The position numbers and the translations under genes are program-made. DNA of 64,000 nucleotides, the filler included, from Circinaria calcarea (taxonomy: Eukaryota): assembly GCA_051942165.1 (NCBI GenBank). It is 3 parts of 3 records of this genome, joined end to end, with 100 filler letters (N's around TTAATTAATTAA, not from the genome) between each part and the next. Parts side by side here need not be neighbours in the genome. Positions count along the whole stretch, not along the records: positions 1 to 22,068 come from JAVECS010000132.1; 2 more parts are not named here. One strand, given 5' to 3'. Below, in pieces: positions 1 to 13,298 of the stretch (its first letter is position 1; each line of letters opens with the position of its first letter). Below the pieces are notes generated by a model, which was not told the origin of the DNA, ran no database searches, and saw only the letters and a program-made list of their open reading frames with translations.

Positions 1-1588
1 TACTCACACCCATCCCCGCATCCTCTTCCTTCGTCACTGCCTCCCCCGCTGCAACCGCACCCCGATGATGGCCCCTGCCACCCTCCGCCCTCTTCATTGC
101 CCTCTTCGCCCGATTATAAGCATCAACCTCCTCCTGATAAACTTGCATCTTCTCCTCGTATCGATCCTTCCACATTTCCTTTTCTTCAGCCGAGATCTTA
201 TTCCACGCGCTCCTCGCATACGCGTCTAGCTCGGCATCGGAGACATGGTGATGGTCGCGGTTGGGGAGGACTTTGTGGTGGAGGAAGTCGTGTTGGAAGT
301 CTTCGCTTGGGGGAAGTGGGTGAACGGGTGGGGAACGGCCGAGGGAAGGGAGGGCAAGAGCGAGGGAGGTGGATGGATGGAGATGAGAGGATGGGTTGTA
401 TTGGGGGATCGGTGGGTGAGGCAGGAGTGGCGTTATCGGGGTGCCGTTCTTGCGGGGGAGAGTGGAGAAAGAGCCCGGTTGCGGGGCGACTGGTGTGGAA
501 AAGGTGGCGGAAGGAGGAAGGGAGGAATTGGCGGAGAGCGGTAATGCGAGTGTAGGCGGAGAGGGGATTGGGCGCCGATGCCCACGCTTTGATCGAAGGG
601 GTTTCTCTTGCGGCTGAAGGAGGAAGGTTAGTCCCTAAGGTGCGTTGTACGAAGAATGCCGCAACTTTACAGTAGGTGGTCCCTCGCTGCTACCGTCGCT
701 GTCTTCGTCGTATGCTTCGTTGAGACCGGCAATTCCGGAACCGGCTTTCTTCATACGCTTGGACAGGATTTCAAGCAAAAAGGCACGTTCGAGACGCATT
801 TTCCGGATGCCTCTTGTGAGTCGAACTTTGCGTAGGCGGAATTCATCGTTACTCGCCTCAACTTCGTTCATGCGGCGTTTGAGCTCGATGCATTTCTTCT
901 TGTATGCCTCTTCGACCGATGGAGGTAGAGCTGGGGGAACAACTCCAGGAGCCACTATAAGTTCACCAGTATGATCAGTAAGTGCCTCTAATTTAGAAAC
1001 TGTGTGTGTCGGTAACATCGGCTGCGGGTGGCTAATGTCGGGAACAGAAACATGAGTGGGTCCTTCAGGGATGGTGGTATCGATGCGCCTGCTACCAGTA
1101 GGTCCTGCATGTATCATGTCCAAGATTGGAGGTCCTATCATTGGTCTAGGATGTGGGGGAATCTCCAATGGTCTTAACGGCTGGAGTGATCTGGGCAAGC
1201 GGTCGAACGCATGGATGATTGGTGGAGAAGGGCGACTGGTTACTTGATGCTGCATAATATGGCCGTTCTGGGGCGTATAAGGCCGACGCTGATTGTAATA
1301 AAGCTGGACCAGATGAGGACAGGGTATGTTGTAGGTATTTTCCGTTGACGGCGTTCTCCCGGTTTGTACCGTTGCTTTCCAGGTCTCCAAGGGTACGAAT
1401 TGGTCGTTACGAGCAGGTTCACCATATACCAGCCAGTAGTATATCTTTGGCCAGATCCCAGGAGAGTCGCAGGTAAGCTGGAGTGTTCTGCTGATACATC
1501 CAACAACAATCGGAACCGGCTCATTTGGGAGAGTCTGTTTGACAATGTAGTCGATATGAGGAAAGTAATACTGGTAGTTGTGGGCCAT
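1..1588 (-). CDS. INO80 complex subunit IEC3-like protein (3' end runs off window; start uncertain)
   Basis: Coiled-coil SVEEAYKKKCIELKRRMNEVE...IRKMRLERAFLLE followed by DSDGSSEGPPT. Intron 614-670 (GTAAAG...ACTAAC...CAG) splices to PQEKPLRSKRGHRR and a Pro-rich then acidic exon reaching the window edge. Confidence 0.75.
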
Positions 1589-2424
1589 CCCGTCCGTGAA
1601 GTATAGAAATGCCAGTATAGTGTCCTACTGTCTGGCCCTGGGTAGATGGTACATTGCAGTATTACTAGGAAACGAGAACAATCTACCAAGACTTACTTTT
1701 GATGGTCTTTTTGAGAAGTTACCGTGGAGCCTCTTGCACCTTCTCCGTTCAAGGTCGACTCCAAAGCTCAGAGGTTGTGCGCCAGTGTACTCATCCGTCT
1801 TGTGCGCAGACCTTACATCTGATCAAACTGGGGAGCGGTTTCGCCTTAGAGACCAAGATAAAAAACTTGTTGTTCGAACGGCAGTAGTGAAATGGTTGAG
1901 CAAAGTGACTTGCAGTGCTCATCTACATAATCGACAAGACGTGTATCGCTTATAATGAACGCGGCCAATCACGGGATGGGAATTGCTCCGGTACCATATG
2001 GTACGGTGGACGTTTTGTAACCCGAGTGTGATTCTGTCATTCTGTCATTCTGTGAATGCAGCGAGCCATTAAATCAGAAGTTCTACCTAAGATCCCATCT
2101 TGAGCCTTTTCTTGTGCATCGATCTCGCGTCCAAAACATTGCAATCAGCTCCTTTGTGCTGTAGCGTTGGTTACAGGTCTAAAGTACTTTACTTGGTGCT
2201 ATCTGATGGTTACCAACGGTCACTTGGGAATAGTGCCCTTATTGATATGTGCATTTCTCGGGCCTTTTGATTTATATAAATTCATAAGCTCAACGAATCA
2301 AGACCTGGTGCTTTTGCCGAGTGCCCTAAGACAAAAGGTATCCTGATAATGTGACCGTACTCTGAGAGAGCGTGGGTTGGAGCTCCAGACCCGTCCAACA
2401 AGTATGTTTAGATCGATCAGATTC

Positions 2425-4364
2425 TCACCCATCAGTGATACAACCATGACTGGCATCTTGTACAAGCCTTTCAAATATGTCAGCAGGAGAAAGATGATCT
2501 AAGAGTCTTGCAGACGGAACTGCAATTACTTACTTGGTGTACTTTTTAAGAGTACCTTTCTCGTACTTCGGCGGCGGCGTAACAAACTCTTTCCTTCGCC
2601 TCTCCAGCTCCGCTTCCTCCACCCTCAAATCCAGCCTTCTCTGCTCCGCATCAATAATGACTTCGTCTCCATCCCGGACAAGACCAATCGGTCCTCCTTC
2701 TTGAGCCTCTGGCACAATGTGACCAATCAGGAATCCGTGACTTCCACCGCTAAATCTCCCGTCCGTGATAAGTGCAACATCGCCACCCAACCCAGCCCCC
2801 ATTATCGCAGAACTGGGCTTGAGCATTTCCGGCATGCCCGGCCCGCCCTTAGGGCCCTCGTAGCGGATTACGACAACAGTCTTCTCTCCCTTTTTGATCT
2901 GTCCCTGCTCGAGAGCAAGAATCATATCATCTTCGGAATCATAGACTTTGGCTTTGCCTACAAACTTTAAGCCTTCCTTGCCGGTAATTTTACCTACACA
3001 TCCCCCCGGCGCAAGACTGCCTCGTAAGATTTGAATATGACCTGTTTCTTTTATGGGATTACTCAAAGGCCGAATAATATCTTGGTCCGATGGAAAATCC
3101 GGTGCAGACTCGAGGTTTTTAGCAAGAGTCTGACCCGTGACCGTCATCCCGCTTCCGTCAATGAGACCTTCTTTCAACAAGAACTTTAGAAGCGCTGGTG
3201 TCCCGCCAATGGTATGCAGGTCCGCCATGACATACTTGCCAGACGGTTTAAGGTTTGCCAGGAAAGGTACACGGTCACTGACAGATTGGAAATCATCGAT
3301 TGTAAGTTTGACACCCACAGAGTCCGCAATAGCGATTAGATGTAGCACCGCATTCGTAGACCCCCCTGTAATATTAACCACCACCATTGCATTTTCGAAT
3401 GCTTGGCGAGTCAAGATATCCGTGGGGCGAATGTCCTCTGTGAGGAGCTTCTTAATTGCTCCTCCGGCCGCTAGACACTCAAGGTTCTTGGCCTTGGATT
3501 CTGCGGGATTGGAAGACGAGCCCGGAAGTGTCATGCCCATGACCTCGATAGCCGTTGCCATGGTATTGGCAGTGTACATGCCACCACAAGCCCCCCCGCC
3601 AGGGCAAGCATGCCGAATGATGTCAAAGCGCTGATCTTCACTGATTTCTCCGGTGATGAATTGGCCGTAGGCCTGGAAAGCAGAAACAATGTCAATACTT
3701 GCATTGTCCTGAGTGACAGCGCAGCCGGGCTTGATAGTTCCCCCGTAAACCATCAAAGAAGGGCGGTTGACTCTTCCCATAGCCATGATCACGCCAGGCA
3801 TATTCTTGTCACAACCGGGAATGGAGATGTTTGCATCATACCATTGTCCGCCCATCACCGTCTCAATTGAGTCCGCTATCAAATCTCGCGACTGTAGCGA
3901 ATAGCGCATCCCTTTTGTACCCATCGAAATGGCATCGCTAACACCGACTGTGTTGAATTGGTAGCCGATGAGCCCGGAACGCTCGACACCCTCCTTTACC
4001 CGATTATTGAGATCTAAGAGGTGCATATTGCAAGGATTGCCCGAGTACCACACAGAAGATATGCCAACCTGGGCCTTGGACATGTCCGACGGCTCAAGGC
4101 CTGTAGCGTAGAGCATCGCCTGGGAGGCACCTTGAGACTTGGGCTGGGTAACATGTTGACTGGTTTTATTGAGCTGTCTCGATCCCGATTGGTCTTTCCG
4201 TCGCGCAGTGGTTGTGGATAATGGCTGACTAGTACCCAAATGGATCAGCAAGATCTTCTTCGAACATGATATTTACATTGGAGGGCTTACGCAGATCGGA
4301 AAAGGCCCGACAAACAATTGGTACGCGGTCGAGCTGAGGAAGCTCGTAAAGGAGCTAAAACCAT
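2425..4364 (-). CDS. ILV3: Mitochondrial dihydroxy-acid dehydratase
   Basis: Motifs [39 protein letters not shown] and [11 protein letters not shown]. Short exon 1 [24 protein letters not shown] (targeting-peptide-like, ATG 4364). Last exon [13 protein letters not shown]. Confidence 0.96.
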
Positions 4365-4947
4365 CTCAAGAAGGTTTGAGTATATAGATTGATCTTGCGG
4401 CTGGCTTCTACCTCATGATTTAAAGGTGGGCATTGCAATTGATATCTTATATGTTGAGTAACATGTCTGTTACGCTTCATACATGCACGTATCTCTCAGA
4501 CATTTTCTTTACTGTGGTACGGCTACAGTTTTAGGGCACATCTTTGCAAGTTCGTTGCCGATCTCCCGCAACCTTCTTTATGGTTGGAACTTTTTGGGTA
4601 GCTCCACTAATTTCACCATTGTTCATTTTGATCAACGAGGCAAGAGCTCATTCAGCTATGTTTCGTCTGTAACAGTTCGGACAAAACTTGGACACCAGAT
4701 CGAGTTATGTCGCTAAACCGCAGAATCAAGGTGAAAGTACCACCCAGTATAATTAAAGTCCAATGTCGTATCCCCGTCCAAGCCCAGAAACTTGCATCTC
4801 CACGCCGGATGAAAGGCGCTCCCTAAATTCCCAGACCCAGCAGGAAAAATTAACAACTGGCGATTTACTCAAAGGACGAGCTCAAATTGGGAAGAGCCAT
4901 CGCAGATTGCGCAAGTTGAAGGCTGAAAGGTTAATCAGCTTGGAGTT

Positions 4948-7137
4948 TCATTCATCTTCCTCGTCTACCATCTTCAATCCCCCCTCAAGCTCCATCCCCA
5001 CTTTCACCCATTCCACTTCTGCCACCTTGTCCAAGGACCATCGGTTTTTTGCCCTTTTTAGCAGCCCTTCGACACACACTCGCCCACCCTCCAACTCCTC
5101 TCCCTTTACAGGATCCCATTCACCATCACCATCTGCTAACTTAACCCAGCTCCATTCACACCTTGCAATGCGATGACTTCGTGGGCTCTGCCGCTTTGCT
5201 CCAGGTATCGGGTCGAACGGTAGGCGGCCTTCCATGAGAGCGTAGAGCAGGACACCTAGCGCCCATCCATCTGTGGAACGGCCATCGTATTCTTGACCCA
5301 TCAACAGCTCAGGTGCCGCATAGTCTTCGCTACCACAGCGGGTGTTGAGAAGTGGTGATTCAGGTGGACGGGGTATCCAACGCCCAAGGCCGAGATCAGT
5401 CAGTGTTATAATGGGAGAGGCATAGGTCTGCCAATCATTGGTTTTACGAAAAAACTCCGTGGGAGGATTGACAAGAACGTCTACGAAAAAACACTTAGTC
5501 AGCCATATCCTCTAATGCGGCTAATCAGCAGGTTTTCTGAAAAAAGGGAGCTTACTTTCCAGCTTGATGTCGCGGTGGACAATATACTGCGAATGCAGAT
5601 GTTTTACCGCGCCGATCAACTCCGCGAAAATTCTCCTGATCAACGAGGGGGTAAGCAGATCCAGCTTCAAGCTTGCTAGTTCGAACAGATCTCCGCCGGC
5701 AGAATAGTTCAATACTAAAAAGGCTCGCTCGTTGAGTACGTTGACGGCTTTGAGATGTACCAAAGAAGGGTGATGTATCGCTTTCAATATCTCAAGTTCA
5801 CGCTTCAGGGATGTCTCTATCTTCTTTTCATCTGCGCCACCTGCGGGTCCATGCTCACAGATCTTCACTGCCACCAAGCTCTTCGGGTTCACCCAATCTT
5901 GAATTCTCACGTCCTGTTCCATGTCAATGGCACGGTTTTCTGAATTGCCACGACCTATGTCCTCGCTCGTAGCCAACATAACAGTACTGAAGGTTCCCTT
6001 TCCCAACTGTCTTATAGCGGTCCATCGCTTTAATTTCCCTGTTCGTATCGTACGTGCTTCGTAGCTTAACGGCAAAGGCCTCTTGGATATACCTAGAGTG
6101 GACGAAGGGCTTGATGGTGGGCTCTCCTGGTCACTGCCATCTGTCCCGCTACGGTTACTACATGGGGGTGTCGGCGGCCTAGGGATAGGTAAGGAGGAGA
6201 TGCCCCGCTGCACAGCCAAGTATTGTTCACGATGCATTGGCAAGCATTGAGGGGGTTCTCTATTGATGGCTGTTTGAGATCCAGAAATGGTGGTGTTCCT
6301 TGATCGTGGCACCGGGGTACCGCCGGGAACATATTCGCTCAAGCTTCGGTTCCTTGCATGATTAAAGGCGTTCGTAGTGGTAACGTGAGGATTGCTTACG
6401 CCTGTACCTGTTGCCGCAGATATGAGTCCTTGGTAAGTCTTTCTTTTCTGTGGAGAAGTACGGGCGAAACTAATGGGCTCCGCTTCCGCGATACCAGGCG
6501 ATGACCCACAATCCGAGTTGGGTGGAGAGATTTGGGGCATATTTGCCATTGTCGGCCACAAACTCCCCGCAGTCAAAGGAGACGGTAGTGGTGTCATGTC
6601 CACGAATGGGCCTAGTCCTGGCGAGGAGAGCGCCGAAGATGGGGAAAGGGACGCTCCGGTATGCTGGGTAGCTGCAAGGGCAGCTTCAATACTGGGCGTA
6701 CGAGTAGGGAGATTAGCCGTTGAGGAGAATGGTCGCCGGTGTATCTCGACTGCCGCTTTCCCAGCAGCGGGTAAGAAAGATTGATTGGGCTCTGTTACTC
6801 CAAAGCCCGTTTGCACCTTCAGCTCCGCGCTTGTTGGCTTGTCACCATGCGTGTTTATCGTCGGATGGGCTTGTGGGGTACGGGTGTCGTACGGGTGTAG
6901 TGAGGCATTGTATTGGAATGCAGGGTATGTAGCAAACTGATGAGTCTGTAATCCTGGTGCTATATCCTCTACGTTTGAGGTGTTCTCTCCTGCGTCCGAT
7001 GGTAAACCAGGCTGGCTGGATACACTGGAGACTTGCACGAAGTGAGAGGGAGGATTGGTTTCAAGTTGCTGTGCGGCAATTGGCTCTTGCGACTCTGGTG
7101 CCCGTGAAGCGTAGAATGAACGTGTAATCCTACTCAT
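4948..7137 (-). CDS. Ser/Thr protein kinase (CAMK-like group, PRR1-like) with long disordered N-terminus
   Basis: GKGTFS, VAVK, HRDIKLE, one intron at ~5480-5556, then [18 protein letters not shown] and [10 protein letters not shown]. Confidence 0.9.
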
Positions 7138-7613
7138 TGCAGCCGAGGGCAGGAAACGGCAGTTGACATATATGCTTTTTCCTTGGAACGGTCGAAATCA
7201 AAACGGCTGTGTAAAAAGCGCTTTGAACCGGCTAGTGCTTAGGCTACGCCGTCAAGCTTGGAGATAAGCCTCACGCACTACGTACGGAGTTTCGGGGGTT
7301 GATAATCTCCGTCAAAGCTTGAATGTTACCAAACGTAGCCAGTTCTGTTGTCTAAATGGGCAGGAATATAGCTGCGCATTGGCGGTTCAATAATATTACC
7401 ATTGACTAATCGGTAGATATGCTGCATAAAACAAAGTACGATTGGGCACAGTGTAAATTTGATAAGTCCGTAATCCCTTGATTTCGTATATCGACGGTGC
7501 CCTCAGCCATCTAACCTGGTGATCTGGGATCTTCGTTACACCACCAAGGCAAGGAGAGTTTTAAGTATCGTCACTTCATAACAGTCGTAGTCTCATAATC
7601 CAATGGTCGCGAT

Positions 7614-9464
7614 TCAGTCCCAGATCTTTGCCGTCACGGCCTTGGTAGCCAGCACTTCTACCCTTCTCGCGTATATCTTCATCATGTGCATGACCGGATC
7701 TCCATATATGACAAACCGTAACTGCTCATCGTTGGTGATCTCAGCCCTCACATCATCATCTGGTCCATTCGGAGGCGTTCGCAATACCACCAAGCGTCCC
7801 GCATTAGATAACGTGCCTGGTGGGACATTCCAAACCGGTGTGGGGATGATTGGCGCGCTAACAGCTTTGACCGGTCTGGGTCGAGTACAAGGTTTGAGCA
7901 TGAATTTTGGTGGCGATATGGAGGGTAAGAGGCCGCTGATGCCATTGGAGCCAGGGGTTGGTGATGAGTAAAGGTCAAGAAGTGAACGGATATAAGCCTT
8001 GTCTGCCCGAGGAACCCTGGTTCAAGTTAGCATGCGACCTTTGAATATTCTCAACTTATACTCACGGATCACCTTCATTGATAAAGGAAAGGAACAACGA
8101 TTTTCGATGACGAGGACTATCAGGTTTACTCAAGGGAAGAAGAGAGACTGGAGGCGCTCCAAATGTGATACAATGAATACGCTTGAAGCCTGGGAGTTGA
8201 GGGTCAGTAAATGTAAACTCAATCGAGTCAAAGCATGACTGGGGATGGAAAGTCGATGCTGGGATCAATGCGTACAGCTGGTCAAGATATTGAGCTCAGA
8301 CTGGACGCTCGCTGCTAGCATATGCGCATATAGGAGGCTAGCCACAGCTCCCCCAGCAGAATGCCCTGTCATGATAAGGGAACAGCTGATCCGCGATGGA
8401 TCTTCCTCGAGCAAAGATCGGAGTCGGACCGCAACGGGTTTGATCATCCTCCGAGCCACAGCTAAAAATCCCGAGTGACACAGGTTCCCTGAGTCATCCT
8501 TTACTCGTCAGTAGGCGTTACAGGTTTCAAAGGGCTGATGCGTACAAGGAAGTCAATAGGAGACGTTGGAGCCGAGTTTATATTGACAGCCCAATCCATG
8601 AAAGTTTGACTCCCTCGAATGGCAAAGACAACCGTTTTTCTATCGTCTATGGGGATGGATTTGATCACCATAGCCTTGGTTCCTAGAAAGCTGTTCCCGT
8701 CCACGTGTGCCTCCCGTTCTTGACCTGTGGGCTTCGTGTAAACACGTTGTGAATACTGTGCGGCAAGGCATACCAAAGGGTAAGACGGTAGGTATCTTTC
8801 CTCAAATTAAGTAAATGCAACAGTCTCTGGTGCGGACATGAAATACTCACAGCTTTAGAGCTGGGAGATTTGGGGGCAACCTCGAGTTGGCGTAGAGGCT
8901 TGCCTTTGCAAAGCAGTTTGTACTCCTCGGACTCGTGACTGCTGACGACACTACATCGTTTGCGGCCCTAGAGACTCCTCTGTTTGCAAAACCCCAACCA
9001 CCTCGAATCGCGGGGTCGGGAGGAGGGTAGATGACTGTATCCGCTCATCAACTTTGACTTCCTCAACGAAGACTGACTGCATACGTACCCAACTCCCTCT
9101 CATCTCCGCTAAAGCTCTCACCATCGATAGAGGTAATCACGGCGTCGAATTTTGAAGATATTAGGTTGCATATAGTAGCGTCTTGGGTTGCGGCGTCAGT
9201 GTCTCGTCCCTGCCAGGAAGACAAATCATCGGCCCTGCTACGCAAAGCGTCGGTACACGGAAGAGGGTTTGTGACCGGTGATATGACGGTCGGGGTCTGA
9301 TTGTAATAAGGAGTTGGCGGGAGCTGCCCTGGAGGAGGGTTGAAGGTCTGTATTTGTATATGAGATGGCGAGGGTGGGGCAAACTGTTTCGCTTCAAAGG
9401 CCTTGGGGTCGTTACTCTTCACCCGGCGCCTGCGCTTCGGAGGATGATTCCCAAAGATCAGCAT
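7614..9464 (-). CDS. Class 3 lipase domain protein, multi-exon
   Basis: VFAIRGSQTFMDWAVN, CHSGF, nucleophile elbow TGHSAGG, ITFGAPP and INEGDP on consecutive exons with GT-AG boundaries. Confidence 0.85.
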
Positions 9465-9834
9465 TTTCCACTTCACCACTTGTCTTGTGTCAAAGTAGGT
9501 AAGCTGTAAGAAGAAGTGCGTTTAAGTCACAATTATAAAATCTACCCGACCGGTTTGGCTTTCATTCACCACGTTATAACCCATCCACACCATCATGGCA
9601 GGTGGAACAGGGAAAGCACGCCTCAAGAAGGGGTGCCTGCCCTTGACATAATGAAGACGCTGAGCCACCCTGATAATGCAACAGGCCCCTCCATGTTTGG
9701 GCGCAGTCCAATCAGCTTCTCTCCATCCAAAAACAAGAAACGCCTATCCAATGCGGGGAAACCAGTAACCGCCCAATATGATTGTATGTCCCAACCGATC
9801 ATCGGCACTCCACCCATTATTTCGAAATAGGTGC

Positions 9835-12800
9835 TCATGTCTCCCTGATTTTGTTCTGCCTCCTTGCCGTTCCAATATGCGTGTTGTGCACCTATTGCAA
9901 TCAGTGCGTGCTGGTTCAGTGGGGTAGAAACGGCGAGCACCAACCTTGGTCGCAAATTTCAAGCTCGTCAATGTCTCGCTCAGATGCGCTTGCAGCGGAC
10001 TTATCATGACAAACATGAGTGTCTTCGAGTTGCCACCAAGAGAGAATTGCAGCAAGTACGTCAACTATGGGAAACGTCAGTCTGTTGTATGGTCTTTCCA
10101 CCATGCCGCAACATGAAGGCCTTGTCACATCCTGCGGCAGTTGACCTACCTTGCTGTTGCGGTAAGGTACATGCCCGCCTTCCTTGCCCTGGCCCAAAGC
10201 TCCGATAACGTCCCCGAGGCAGCTCAGGCTCTTGTTAATGTTCTGCGTCTCCTTCAGTCGCTCGCCAGTGCTGCAACTATGGCTCAACCGTTCGCTGCCC
10301 GCCAAGTCAACCAAGTTTAAGGTACCCTCACTTCTCTCCCCTGTTATGTGGTTCTCGCCAGTAAGCTTGAGGATGAAGACTGAATGACTCCGCGACGACC
10401 GCTCATTTGCTTTTGTAGCGGCAACGGACCGATTAGCCGTGGCCTGCCGAAGGATGCTCTCTACTCTGGTGGGAGAGTCGAGCTGGACCGTGGTGATGTC
10501 AGTTATAGTCGTCTTGCACTTCTGCATGTCGTGCCGGATTTCGTGCTTTTTCTTATCCAAGTCGTCAGCCTTTCCAAGTAGGTCATTGATGTTTTCGTTG
10601 TAAACTTCAATGAAGGAGCCCTCCATTGAATATCTCCAGCCTTTCTCTTCTAGAGCCTGTGCGGTATCGTAAATCTGGCGGACGGCGCGAGGAATCATGC
10701 CATCCTCAGATGACATGGTATAAGTTTTACCAGAGCCAGTTTGTCCGTAGCAGAAGATACAAACGTTGTAACCGTCCAGTGCACTTTGGATGAGCTGACT
10801 GATTTCTCCAAAGACATCTGCGTTTTGAGATGCTGAATTAAATACGCGATCAAAGGTGAAGGCATTCTTCTTCTTCGTGATAGTTCCAAGACTGCTCTTC
10901 TCTTCCGGTCCCAGCACCTCAAGCTCTTTCGAATCGCCTTGATTGTCGGGGAAACTGATGCGCGCAGCTTCATTGACTGGGTCTGTTTTCAGTGACGGTC
11001 GAACACGACAGAAGACTCTAATGTTGCCTTTCAGCTCTTGCACCTGGTTATGGAGTTTTCTTCTCAACGACTCTTCGATGCGTAACTTGTCATTCGCCTC
11101 GGCCGCTTGCTTAATGGCATCTTGCGTTCTTTGCTCTAGATCCGCAAATGCCTGTGATTGACTTTTGCAGTCCGATTCAAGAAAGTCGATTCGAGCACGC
11201 AAGCTTCGCATTGACGACTCAAGGCTTGATGAATGGTTTGCTGCCCCAGAAAGTTTTGACTGCAGATCATGGTTACGCTCGCGCTCTCGAAGTAGGTCCG
11301 CCTTGGCTTGTTCGAGTTCTTCTTGCATGGCGTGTAGTGCCCTTTCTTTCATATTAAGCTCCCCCTCCACCTTCTGCTGTGCAATAGTACCTTCGACAGA
11401 AAGGGTCTGTATTTCTTTCCGGCGCCGGCTCTTCTCGTCCTCGATAAGGTTCTCGTGCCTGCGTTTGAGGTCAGATATCTCGTCTTGATGCTGTCTCACT
11501 AGTCGGTGGATTTTTTCATCCGCGTCCCGATAGGCTTCATCGAGATCACGACGCTGTTGCCTTTTCAGGTCGTCAGCATCATTGCTATGATGCCTCTTGG
11601 CTTCTTGTAGTGCGAGTGATGAGGATGCTAATTCAACTCTCGTAGAATCCAGGTCTCTTTGTAATGCGGTATTATTATTTGATAATTGAACTCTCATCGT
11701 CTCTAGATCGTTGACTGAAATCACTCGGTTAGTTGAAAGCCTTCCTCGAGTTCATTGTGGTACATACCTCTTGCCTTGTAAATGCTAATAGTCTCTTTCA
11801 GACCGTTGCTCTCCATCGAAGTACTGTGCATTGACTCTTTGAGTTCATGATATAGATCCTCAACTATTTCCAGACGGCTTTGAGGGTCCCATGCTATTGC
11901 TTTAGTGTTAGAATCTCTAGTTAAGAATGGTAAGAATTGCTGTGTCTTTCTGCGAGACTTAGAAGGACTTGGTGTCCTGGGAGCGAATGAAACAGTGGGA
12001 GTACGGATAGGAATTTGCGATGGTGAGCACTGAGGCTCTATCTCCTCTAATGAAACATTCCTGGACTCACTGGGTTCGAGAGTCAGACCGCTCAAAGCAG
12101 TACTCAAGGAAACGTCACGAAGACTTCTTGGTGTAATACGCTGGCTGACCACATCATTGACAGAGCTCGACCAGTCTGACACGTAGTTCATCTGGTTGTC
12201 ATAGCTTCCTCTAGGCATTTTAGGTTGTGACAAATGTGCTGGATAACGCTTCTGGGATGAAGGAAATGGAATTATACTCTTGCTATCCCCAAACGTCTGC
12301 ATAGCTCCATTCGTCTTGGAGTGCGTGTCAAAGGAACTTGCTGGTCGACTGTTGTTAGGTAAGAGCCTCTGGGTCGAGCGAGCCATGGCAGACTGAGGCC
12401 GGAAAGATTGTGTCGATGGAGGTCTACCACCCGGGCCCATACCACTCGACAAAGAGCTATTGGAGGCATGGCGTACAAGGGATGACGAGGGTGGTCGCGT
12501 AGACGCGGACGACGAGACGGCTGTGTGTCGAGAGGCACCGGCGATTGAAGTTGCTTTGATACCAGCATTGACCAGTCTTGAGCTTGGGGGTGCTGGCGCC
12601 GGTCTTGGAGGCTCTCCTGCGCGTTCTACGAGTGTCTTGCGTTTAAGATTCCCAGGCGGAGGTGGCATTAGGGTGGATGACCTGGCATTGTTGTCCGACG
12701 ATGAGAGCTCAGTCAGTGTTGGAGGCGATGTTATACGGCTGGGTTGACGAAGCTGGGACACAAACTAGAGAGCATTAATGAACAATTCTGGTTCTCGAGG

Positions 12801-12838
12801 AATTGGGTCCTCCATACGGAATTGTCGTGCTGATCCAT
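9835..12838 (-). CDS. klpA: Kinesin-14 (C-terminal motor, KlpA/Kar3 family)
   Basis: Disordered N-tail, coiled coil, then [37 protein letters not shown] and [14 protein letters not shown]. Mini exon 1 MDQHDNS. Last exon [18 protein letters not shown]. Confidence 0.95.
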
Positions 12839-13298
12839 GGTTAGAATACGCTACGCCTCTCTCGAAGATCCCGATATTAGAATTGATTTTCCCCGTAACC
12901 TACGGTTCTGGTAGTTTGACGGAATAATTGATGTTGTCAACTGCCATCAACCGAACGTCTAGAATTGTAAACAAAGGTGCCCGCCTTCAACTGGTCCGAG
13001 CTCGTGAGGACTAACTCAAAGGACGATTAGCGGTAGATCGGCCAGCGAGCGCCATGGTTCCGACAACATCAGATATCACATGTCAGGATCAGCTAACCCG
13101 GTACAAATCAAAACTGCCTCCGCCGGATGTACATGTATTTATGGAAATCTCGTTCGTGATATTAAAAAGCTGAGGTACTGCATGACGCTCTCCAACTGTC
13201 AATGTACCTGTGGTCTTTCGCGTCATATCCATCGCCTATTCCGGGTCAGTCAGCATCCTCCTCTCTCTCGACTTGAAATATGAATCAAGCCTGCCGAG

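Noticed and set aside
97..555. Plus-strand ORFs 97-555 and 245-544 (and similar antisense ORFs throughout)
   Set aside because: Shadow frames opposite real exons.
2425..4364. ILV3 as an AstD-like self-resistance gene of a toxin cluster
   Set aside because: No terpene cyclase, P450 or other biosynthetic gene nearby; the neighbours are housekeeping genes.
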